A stretch of DNA of 64,000 nt from Eubacterium sp. (GTDB taxonomy: Bacteria > Bacillota > Clostridia > Oscillospirales > Acutalibacteraceae), in assembly GCA_017446095.1 (NCBI GenBank), contig JAFSRN010000003.1, positions 109,958 to 173,957 on the forward strand, given 5' to 3'. Below are positions 56,357 to 64,000 of this stretch, piece by piece. Position numbers and translations under genes: made by a program. The notes beneath the pieces were generated by a model. That model was not told the origin of the DNA and did not search any database. It saw only the letters and a list, made by a program, of their open reading frames with translations. Positions within the stretch are counted from its first letter, which is position 1. The number at the start of each line of letters is the position of its first letter.

Positions 56357-59300
56357 AAGAACAGACATACACAAGGTGCTTGTTATCGGCTCGGGTCCTA
56401 TTGTTATAGGACAGGCTGCCGAATTTGACTATTCCGGCACGCAGGCTTGCCTTGCACTGCGCGAAGAAGGCTATGAGGTCGTTCTTATTAACTCAAACCC
56501 TGCAACGATTATGACGGATACCGACATCGCCGACAAGGTGTATATGGAACCGCTTACTCTTGAATACGTTGCGCGTATTATCCGCCACGAACGCCCGGAC
56601 GCAATTCTGCCGTCGCTCGGCGGTCAGACCGGCTTGAACCTTGCGGTTCAGCTTGCACGCAAGGGCGTACTGCAGGAGTGCGATGTGGAAATCCTCGGCA
56701 CTTCGTTTGAAGCGATTGAAAGAGCAGAGGACAGGGAACTCTTTAAAGAACTTTGTGAAACTCTTGGCGAGCCGGTTCTCCCCAGCGAAATTGCAAACAG
56801 CCTTGATGAGGGCTTGCAGGCGGCAGAGGATATCGGTTATCCCGTTGTACTGCGACCTGCGTTCACGCTCGGCGGCACAGGCGGCGGCTTTGCAGATAAC
56901 GAGGACGAGTGCCGCATTATGCTCAAAAACGCTCTTGCACTTTCGCCCGTGCATCAGGTGCTGGTTGAAAAGTCGATTAAGGGCTACAAAGAGATTGAGT
57001 ATGAGGTTATGCGCGACGCTAACGACACGGCAATCACCATTTGTAATATGGAAAATATTGACCCTGTCGGCGTTCACACGGGCGACTCGGTTGTAGTTGC
57101 GCCGTCGCAGACTCTTACAAACAAAGAGTACCATATGCTGCGCGACTCCGCTTTAAAGATTATACGCGAGCTTGAAATCGAGGGCGGCTGCAACGTGCAG
57201 TTTGCGCTTGACCCGCACTCATTTGACTACTATCTTATTGAGGTTAACCCGCGTGTTTCGCGCTCGTCGGCGCTTGCTTCCAAGGCATCGGGCTACCCTA
57301 TTGCAAGGGTAAGTGCAAAAATCGCCGTGGGTATGCACCTTGACGAAATTCAGATTGCCAACACGCCTGCATCGTTTGAGCCAACGCTCGACTACGTTGT
57401 GTCAAAGATTGCGCGCTTTCCGTTTGACAAGTTTGCAGACGCGAACAACACGCTCAACACGCAGATGAAGGCTACGGGCGAGGTTATGGCAATCGGCAGG
57501 ACTATGGAAGAGTCGCTGCTCAAGGCTATCCGTTCTCTTGAAACAGGCGTTTGCCACCTTTACGACAAGAAGTTTGACGACTTCACCGAGGACGAGCTGC
57601 TTGATTACATCAAGACCGGCACGGATGACAGACTGTTTGCGATTGCACAGCTTATGCGCCTTGGCTTTGACCTCAACCTGATTTACAACGCAACAAAAAT
57701 TGATATGTTCTTCCTTGACAAGCTGCGTAACATCGTTGATTTTGAGCGCACGCTTGCCGCAAATATCGGCGACATTGAGGTGCTTAAGGACGCTAAAAAG
57801 CTCGGCGTGTCTGACCAGTACATAGGCAAGGTGTGGAATATGAGCGAGGCTGACGTGTTCAGACTCCGCAAGGCAAACGGCATTTTCCCGATTTACAAGA
57901 TGATTGACACCTGCGCGTCCGAGTTTGACTCGTATGTGCCGTATTTCTACTCAACTTATGAGGAGGAAAACGAGTCGATTGTCAGCGATAAAAAGAAGAT
58001 TATCGTGCTTGGTTCAGGACCTATCCGCATAGGTCAGGGCGTTGAGTTTGACTACTCAACCGTGCACGCAATCTGGTCTATTCAGGACGCCGGCTACGAA
58101 GCGATTATAATTAACAACAACCCCGAAACCGTTTCCACCGACTACACAACTTCGGACAAGCTCTACTTTGAGCCGCTGACCGTTGAGGATGTTATGAATA
58201 TTATTGAACTTGAGCAGCCGCTCGGCATTGTGGTTTCCCTCGGCGGACAGACCGCTATCAACCTTGCGCCGCCGCTTGACGCGCTTGGCGTGCCGATTAT
58301 CGGTACAGACGTTAAGGCTATCGACAGGGCGGAAAACCGCGATTCGTTTGAAAAGGTTATGACCGAGCTCGGCATACCGCAGCCAAAAGGACTTGCTGTT
58401 ACCGACATTGAGGAAGGTGTGCGCGTTGCAAACGACATCGGTTACCCCGTGCTTGTTCGCCCGAGCTTCGTCCTCGGCGGTCGTGCAATGCAGATTGTCG
58501 CTAATGAGGAATCGCTGCGCCACTACCTGCAGACGGCGGTAGAGATTAACACAGAGCAGCCAGTGCTTGTTGACAAGTACATTATGGGCAGAGAGCTTGA
58601 GGTTGACGCTATCTGCGACGGCACGGATGTATTTGTGCCCGGTATTATGGAACACGTTGAGCGCACAGGCGTTCACTCGGGCGACAGTATCTCCGTTTAC
58701 CCGACCTTCTCCGTATCACAGGCGGTTAAGGATAAAATCCTTGACTACACGGTTAAGCTCGGCAACGCAATCGGCATTATCGGACTTTACAACATCCAGT
58801 TTATCGCCGACGATAACGACGATGTTTATGTTATAGAGGTTAACCCGCGCTCATCGCGTACTGTGCCGTTCCTGTCAAAAGCTACGAGCGTTCCGATGGC
58901 GCACATCGCAACGCAGGTAATCCTCGGTCACACGCTCAAAGAGCAGGGGATTACGGAGATTTATCCAAAGGAAAAGGTCAGATGGTACGTTAAAGCGCCA
59001 GCATTTTCCTTCAGCAAGCTCAAGGGTATGGACACCTACCTTTCGCCCGAAATGAAGTCTACAGGCGAGGCTATCGGCTACGACAAGAGCCTTACGCGTG
59101 CGCTCTACAAGGCAATTCAGGCTTCGGGTATGAACGTGGCGAACTACGGCACGGTGCTTGCAACTATTGCAGATAATGACAAGCCGACAGCGCTGCCGCT
59201 GATAAAGCGCTTTTACGACCTTGGCTTTAACATTGAGGCTACCGAAGGCACGGCGAAGTACCTTAAGGAACACGGCATAAGAACGCGCCTGCGCCACAAG

Positions 59301-59534
59301 CTGACAGCGGATGAGAGCGACGAAATTCTGCTTGCGCTGCGCCAGGGACACATTGCGTATGTAATCAATACTATCGATATTAACGCAGGCGATTCGCACT
59401 CCGACGGCTCGTCAATCCGCCGCGCTGCGGTAGACAACAACGTTACGATGTTCACATCGCTTGATACGGTTAAAGTACTGCTTGACGTGCTTGAGGAAAT
59501 CACGCTTGGCGTATCGACGATTGACGCGGAGTAA
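56349..59534 (+). CDS. carB: Carbamoyl-phosphate synthase large subunit
   Basis: [18 protein letters not shown], duplicated ATP-grasp, [11 protein letters not shown]-terminal MGS domain. Confidence 0.97.
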   Translation: MPKRTDIHKVLVIGSGPIVIGQAAEFDYSGTQACLALREEGYEVVLINSNPATIMTDTDIADKVYMEPLTLEYVARIIRHERPDAILPSLGGQTGLNLAVQLARKGVLQECDVEILGTSFEAIERAEDRELFKELCETLGEPVLPSEIANSLDEGLQAAEDIGYPVVLRPAFTLGGTGGGFADNEDECRIMLKNALALSPVHQVLVEKSIKGYKEIEYEVMRDANDTAITICNMENIDPVGVHTGDSVVVAPSQTLTNKEYHMLRDSALKIIRELEIEGGCNVQFALDPHSFDYYLIEVNPRVSRSSALASKASGYPIARVSAKIAVGMHLDEIQIANTPASFEPTLDYVVSKIARFPFDKFADANNTLNTQMKATGEVMAIGRTMEESLLKAIRSLETGVCHLYDKKFDDFTEDELLDYIKTGTDDRLFAIAQLMRLGFDLNLIYNATKIDMFFLDKLRNIVDFERTLAANIGDIEVLKDAKKLGVSDQYIGKVWNMSEADVFRLRKANGIFPIYKMIDTCASEFDSYVPYFYSTYEEENESIVSDKKKIIVLGSGPIRIGQGVEFDYSTVHAIWSIQDAGYEAIIINNNPETVSTDYTTSDKLYFEPLTVEDVMNIIELEQPLGIVVSLGGQTAINLAPPLDALGVPIIGTDVKAIDRAENRDSFEKVMTELGIPQPKGLAVTDIEEGVRVANDIGYPVLVRPSFVLGGRAMQIVANEESLRHYLQTAVEINTEQPVLVDKYIMGRELEVDAICDGTDVFVPGIMEHVERTGVHSGDSISVYPTFSVSQAVKDKILDYTVKLGNAIGIIGLYNIQFIADDNDDVYVIEVNPRSSRTVPFLSKATSVPMAHIATQVILGHTLKEQGITEIYPKEKVRWYVKAPAFSFSKLKGMDTYLSPEMKSTGEAIGYDKSLTRALYKAIQASGMNVANYGTVLATIADNDKPTALPLIKRFYDLGFNIEATEGTAKYLKEHGIRTRLRHKLTADESDEILLALRQGHIAYVINTIDINAGDSHSDGSSIRRAAVDNNVTMFTSLDTVKVLLDVLEEITLGVSTIDAE

Positions 59535-59543
59535 GGACAGACT

Positions 59544-60260
59544 ATGTACAAGATTTTAACTAACAACAAAATTGCAAAAGACGTGTACCAAATGGTGCTT
59601 GAGGGCGACACTTCGGCAATTACCGCGCCCGGTCAGTTCATTAACATAAAACTTGACGGCTTTTTCCTGCGCAGACCGATTTCTATTTGCGACTACGACA
59701 GCAGCACGATTACGATAATCTACAAGGTTGTCGGCGAAGGCACGGAGTATATGAGCACTCTCGGCGAGGGCGAAATGCTCGACTGCCTTGTTGGGCTCGG
59801 TAACGGCTACACAGTTAAGGCTGCCGAAAAACCCGTATTGATTGGCGGCGGCGTTGGTGTTCCGCCGATGTACAACCTTGCAAAAACGCTGATTAAAAGC
59901 GGACAGAAGCCTGCGGTTATCCTCGGTTTTAACACAGCTGACGAGGTGTTTTACGAGGATGAATTCAGGGCGCTCGGCTGTGATGTTTACGTCACAACTG
60001 TCGACGGCACTCACGGCACAAAAGGCTTTGTTACCGATGCGCTGAAAGGCATTGATTACGACTACTTTTACACCTGCGGACCTATGCCGATGTTCAAAGC
60101 GATTGAAGCCGTTGCAACTACTGACGGACAGTTCAGTTTTGAGGAGCGCATGGGCTGCGGCTTCGGCGCGTGCATGGGTTGCTCGTGCAAAACGAAGTAC
60201 GGCTACAAGCGCATCTGCAAGGACGGTCCCGTCCTCGAAAGGGGTGAAATCGTATGGTAG
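59544..60260 (+). CDS. pyrK: Dihydroorotate dehydrogenase electron transfer subunit
   Basis: LRRPISI, GGGVGVPP, CGPMPM, MGCGFGACMGC..C.DGPV. Confidence 0.94.
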   Translation: MYKILTNNKIAKDVYQMVLEGDTSAITAPGQFINIKLDGFFLRRPISICDYDSSTITIIYKVVGEGTEYMSTLGEGEMLDCLVGLGNGYTVKAAEKPVLIGGGVGVPPMYNLAKTLIKSGQKPAVILGFNTADEVFYEDEFRALGCDVYVTTVDGTHGTKGFVTDALKGIDYDYFYTCGPMPMFKAIEAVATTDGQFSFEERMGCGFGACMGCSCKTKYGYKRICKDGPVLERGEIVW

Positions 60261-61165
60261 ATTTATCAGTTAATCTTGCCGGTATGGCGATGGATAACCC
60301 CGTTGTGCCTGCGTCGGGTACCTTCGGCTTCGGCAAGGAATTCAAGGACTATTACGATATTAATATACTCGGTTCGTTTTCGTTCAAAGGCACTACAAAG
60401 GACGCGCGTTTCGGCAACCCCACGCCGCGTATTGCAGAGTGCAAAAACGGTATGATTAACGCTGTCGGTCTGCAGAATCCGGGCGTGCATCACGTTATAG
60501 AGCATGAACTACCTGAAATGAAGGAATACTTTAACAAACAGGTTATAGCCAATGTGTCGGGCTTTTCGGTTGACGACTACGCCTACACCTGCGAGCTGCT
60601 TGACAAAGAGGAGCAGGTCGGCATACTTGAGGTTAACGTGTCCTGCCCGAATGTTCACGGCGGAGGTATGAGCTTCGGCACAAGCCCCGAGGCTGCGGCA
60701 GAGGTCACAAGGGCGGTTAAGGCGGTTACTGCAAAGCCTGTGTTCATCAAGCTTTCGCCAAATGTTACGGACATTGTTTCCATCGCAAAAGCGTGCGAGG
60801 ACGCGGGCGCAGACGGCATATGCCTTATTAACACGCTGCTTGGTATGCGCATTGATATCAAGCGCAGGCAGCCTGTTATCGCAAACAAAATGGGCGGCTT
60901 CAGCGGCGACGCGGTATTTCCCGTTGCGGTGCGCATGGTGTACCAGGTGGCAAACGCTTGCAACATCCCCGTAATGGGCTGCGGCGGCGTATCCACTGCA
61001 AAAGATGTAATTGAAATGATGATGGCTGGTGCAACGGCTGTACAGGTGGGCGCTGCTAATCTGATTAATCCCTATGCGTGCAAAGAGATTATTGAAGCAC
61101 TGCCCGCAGAGTGCGAAAAACTTGGAATAACTAAAATTTCTGATATAATAGGAGTTGTAAAATAA
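60254..61165 (+). CDS. pyrD: Dihydroorotate dehydrogenase 1B catalytic subunit
   Basis: [33 protein letters not shown]. Confidence 0.95.
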   Translation: MVDLSVNLAGMAMDNPVVPASGTFGFGKEFKDYYDINILGSFSFKGTTKDARFGNPTPRIAECKNGMINAVGLQNPGVHHVIEHELPEMKEYFNKQVIANVSGFSVDDYAYTCELLDKEEQVGILEVNVSCPNVHGGGMSFGTSPEAAAEVTRAVKAVTAKPVFIKLSPNVTDIVSIAKACEDAGADGICLINTLLGMRIDIKRRQPVIANKMGGFSGDAVFPVAVRMVYQVANACNIPVMGCGGVSTAKDVIEMMMAGATAVQVGAANLINPYACKEIIEALPAECEKLGITKISDIIGVVK

Positions 61166-61863
61166 TGGGTAAAGACGTAATTATTGCCTGCGATTTTGAA
61201 AGCGCGGAAAAGACATTTGCCTTCCTTGATAAGTTCACGGACGAAAAGCCGTTTGTAAAAATCGGTATGGAACTGTTTTACGCGGAAGGTCCTGCAATCG
61301 TGCGCGAAATCAAGAAGAGGGGACACAGGATTTTCCTTGATTTAAAGCTGCACGACATACCTAACACGGTTAAAAAGTCGATGGCAGTGCTGTCAAGGCT
61401 TGATGTTGATATGACCAACCTGCACGCCGCAGGCACGGTGGATATGATGAAAGCCGCGCTTGAAGGACTGACTCGCCCCGACGGCACAAGACCTATACTT
61501 ATTGCGGTTACGCAGCTTACCTCCACAAGCGAAGAACGTATGCAAAACGAGCTGCTGATTAACGCCGCGATTAACGATACTATTGTTAAGTATGCCCAAA
61601 ATGCAAAGGCGGCAGGGCTTGACGGCGTGGTATGCTCACCGCTTGAAGCAGGAATGGTTAAAGATGCGTGCGGCAGCGGATTTATTACGGTTACGCCGGG
61701 CGTGCGCTTTGCAGACGGCGATGTGGGCGACCAGGTGCGCATAACAACACCCGAAAAAGCAAAAGAAATCGGCTCTGACTACATCGTAGTGGGCAGACCG
61801 ATTACACAGGCGGACGACCCCGTGGCGGCTTACAGGCGCTGCGTGAGCGAGTTTGTCGGATAG
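61165..61863 (+). CDS. pyrF: Orotidine-5'-phosphate decarboxylase
   Basis: [25 protein letters not shown]. Confidence 0.96.
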   Translation: MGKDVIIACDFESAEKTFAFLDKFTDEKPFVKIGMELFYAEGPAIVREIKKRGHRIFLDLKLHDIPNTVKKSMAVLSRLDVDMTNLHAAGTVDMMKAALEGLTRPDGTRPILIAVTQLTSTSEERMQNELLINAAINDTIVKYAQNAKAAGLDGVVCSPLEAGMVKDACGSGFITVTPGVRFADGDVGDQVRITTPEKAKEIGSDYIVVGRPITQADDPVAAYRRCVSEFVG

Positions 61864-61871
61864 GGGGAAAC

Positions 61872-62525
61872 ATGGAGCAGTACAAAAGAGAATTTATTCA
61901 GTTTTTAGAGGGCGCAGGCGTGCTCAAGTTCGGCGACTTTACCGCAAAGAGCGGACGTAAGATACCGTACTTCATCAACGCCGGCGACATCAAGACAGGC
62001 GAGCAGATTCAGAAGCTCGGCGAATTTTACGCAAAGGCGTACTTTGAAAAGGTCGGCAACAAAAAAACAGTCCTTTACGGACCTGCTTACAAGGGTATTC
62101 CGATTGCGGTTTCCGTTGCCGTTGCGCTTGCAAAGAACGGGCTTGACGTGCCGTTTTTCTTCAACCGTAAGGAGGAAAAGGACCACGGCGAAGGCGGCGT
62201 ATTTGTGGGCTACACGCCAAAGGACGGTGAGGAAATCGTTATTGTTGAGGACGTTATCACCGCTGGCACGGCAATACGCGAGAGTATGGCGATTCTGTCC
62301 GCACTTGACAGCAAGGTTGCCGCTGTATTCGTTATGGTTGACCGCAAGGAAAAGGGCAAGACAGACAAGTCCGCAATGGCAGAAGTCGGCGAAGAATACG
62401 GCTTCCCGGTGTACTCAGTAGTTGACGTGTACGACATTATTGAGTACCTTGAAGAGGACGAAGCAAACCGCGAAAACGTTGAAAGAATAAAGAACTACCT
62501 TAAAGTTAACGGTGCAAAGGAATAA
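61872..62525 (+). CDS. pyrE: Orotate phosphoribosyltransferase
   Basis: KFGDFTAKSGR, GPAYKGIP, NRKEEKDHGEGG, VEDVITAGT. Confidence 0.95.
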   Translation: MEQYKREFIQFLEGAGVLKFGDFTAKSGRKIPYFINAGDIKTGEQIQKLGEFYAKAYFEKVGNKKTVLYGPAYKGIPIAVSVAVALAKNGLDVPFFFNRKEEKDHGEGGVFVGYTPKDGEEIVIVEDVITAGTAIRESMAILSALDSKVAAVFVMVDRKEKGKTDKSAMAEVGEEYGFPVYSVVDVYDIIEYLEEDEANRENVERIKNYLKVNGAKE

Positions 62526-62528
62526 ACT

Positions 62529-63452
62529 ATGCGACATTTACTTGATACAACTGATTTATCGCTTGCTGAAATTGACGAAATGATTGAGCTTGCGCTCGAT
62601 ATAATCGAAAATCCAAAGAAGTACGCGCATATCTGCGACGGCAAAAAGCTTGCAACGCTGTTCTTTGAGCCGAGCACGCGTACAAGGCTGTCTTTTGAAG
62701 CGGCAATGATGGAGCTCGGCGGCAATGTGCTTGGATTTTCCGAAGCGGCGTCATCGTCTGCAAGCAAGGGCGAAAGCGTTGAGGACACGGCTCGTATGGT
62801 GTCCTGCTACGCGGATATCATCGCAATGCGCCATCCGCTTGAAGGCGCGCCGCGTGTTGCTGCATCAAAGGCTAACGTGCCGATTATCAACGCAGGCGAC
62901 GGCGGCCACGCGCATCCCACGCAAACGCTGACCGACCTGCTGACAATTTACCGCGAAAAGGGCACCTTTGACAACATCACGGTAGGTCTTTGCGGCGACC
63001 TTAAGTTTGGCAGGACTGTTCATTCGCTTATTAAAGCGATGTGCCGCTATAACAACGTAAAATTTGTGCTGATTTCGCCCAAAGAGCTGTCTGTTCCCGA
63101 ATACATCAAGACCGATGTGCTCAAGCCCAGCGGAGCAGAGTACGTTGAGGTTGAAACAATGGACGCAGTTATGCCCGACCTTGACATACTGTATATGACA
63201 AGGATTCAGCGCGAACGCTTTTTCTCCGAAGAAGAGTATTTAAAGCACAAGGACGCGTTTATTCTTGATACGGACAAGCTCGTTAACGCCAAGAAAACGC
63301 TTACAATTATGCATCCGCTGCCGCGTGTGAACGAGATTACAACGGCTGTGGACGACGACCCGCGCGCAAAGTACTTTGTGCAGGCACTTAACGGCAAATA
63401 CATCAGAATGGCGCTGATTATAACGCTTTTGAAATGGGGTGAACTTCTGTGA
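62529..63452 (+). CDS. pyrB: Aspartate carbamoyltransferase catalytic subunit
   Basis: [35 protein letters not shown]. Confidence 0.96.
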   Translation: MRHLLDTTDLSLAEIDEMIELALDIIENPKKYAHICDGKKLATLFFEPSTRTRLSFEAAMMELGGNVLGFSEAASSSASKGESVEDTARMVSCYADIIAMRHPLEGAPRVAASKANVPIINAGDGGHAHPTQTLTDLLTIYREKGTFDNITVGLCGDLKFGRTVHSLIKAMCRYNNVKFVLISPKELSVPEYIKTDVLKPSGAEYVEVETMDAVMPDLDILYMTRIQRERFFSEEEYLKHKDAFILDTDKLVNAKKTLTIMHPLPRVNEITTAVDDDPRAKYFVQALNGKYIRMALIITLLKWGELL

Positions 63453-63859
63453 ATATAGACGCAATTGAAAACGGCTACGTTATCGACCACATCCCTGCAG
63501 GCAAGGCGATGAGGGTTTATGAGATACTTGAGCTGTCCAAGCTCTCCTGCCAGGTTGCGATTATCACCAACGCGAAGTCGAAGAAGAAGGAGTCCAAGGA
63601 CATCATCAAGATTAACGAACTGATTGACCTTGACCTTGACGTTATAGCGTTTATCGCGCCCGACGCGACGGTGAATATCATTAAGGACAGCAAGAGGGTG
63701 GAGAAGAAGAAACTGTCCCTGCCCGACACGCTGACCAATGTTATAAAATGCCCCAATCCGCGCTGCATCTGCAATAACGAGAGCATTGACCACGTGTTCA
63801 GGCTCACGGATGCAAAAGGCACTTACCGCTGCCTTTACTGCGAAACCAAGTCAATATAA
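63449..63859 (+). CDS. pyrI: Aspartate carbamoyltransferase regulatory subunit
   Basis: [19 protein letters not shown]...YRCLYCE zinc site. Confidence 0.93.
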   Translation: MNIDAIENGYVIDHIPAGKAMRVYEILELSKLSCQVAIITNAKSKKKESKDIIKINELIDLDLDVIAFIAPDATVNIIKDSKRVEKKKLSLPDTLTNVIKCPNPRCICNNESIDHVFRLTDAKGTYRCLYCETKSI

Positions 63860-63898
63860 AAACAGCCGGCAATCCGCGTGGACTGCCGGTTTTGTTTT
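63859..63898. terminator. Bidirectional intrinsic terminator
   Basis: aaaacagCCGGCA...TGCCGGttttgtttt. Confidence 0.75.
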
Positions 63899-64000
63899 AC
63901 TTTATTCTGTCAATTACCGCCTGCGCTTTGGCGTAGATTTCGTCAATGTCGCAGTGCAGGAACTTGCCGTCTTTGTAGAGGATTTTGCCGTTTATCATCG
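63897..64000 (-). CDS. 3' end of an amidohydrolase (MtaD/SsnA-like); partial, runs off the window
   Basis: Minus strand ...MINGKILYKDGKFLHCDIDEIYAKAQAVIDRIK*. Confidence 0.6.
   Translation of the reverse strand, partial: MINGKILYKDGKFLHCDIDEIYAKAQAVIDRIK

Noticed and set aside
1-64000. Prophage, integrase, transposase or recognised anti-phage defence genes
   Set aside because: No such motifs recognised in any ORF

Overview
Bacterial chromosome fragment. Gene content and style suggest a gut-type anaerobic Firmicute (Clostridia/Oscillospirales-like; inference). Positions ~1-32.3 kb are a visibly AT-rich, all-plus-strand surface-glycan locus. It holds a WbpP-like epimerase, an orphan EctB-type aminotransferase, about 9 glycosyltransferases, an EpsG/Wzy polymerase plus a Wzm/Wzt ABC exporter, two paralogous hexapeptide O-acetyltransferases (one with a TGA where the other has Trp, the other with a G8 tract), three ATP-grasp ligases, and rfbA/rfbB feeding both VioA- and WecE-type aminotransferases. 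It ends in an Arn/Gtr-like lipid-carrier module (ArnC-like GT, two small flippase subunits, putative GT-C) interrupted by a stand-alone RQC+HRDC protein. After a broken surface-protein gene, the GC-richer core region carries vanZ, a compact NuoE/NuoF/GltD-fusion (Stn-like) redox complex, a second EF-G, DUF3343 plus cysteine desulfurase, a motif-degenerate ROK protein, an MFS transporter, a GlpA-type operon, REP-like palindromes, tex, glmS and a complete pyrC-carAB-pyrKDFEBI operon. No rRNA, tRNA, CRISPR array, transposase or integrase was seen. All family assignments come from motif recognition by eye, not database searches.
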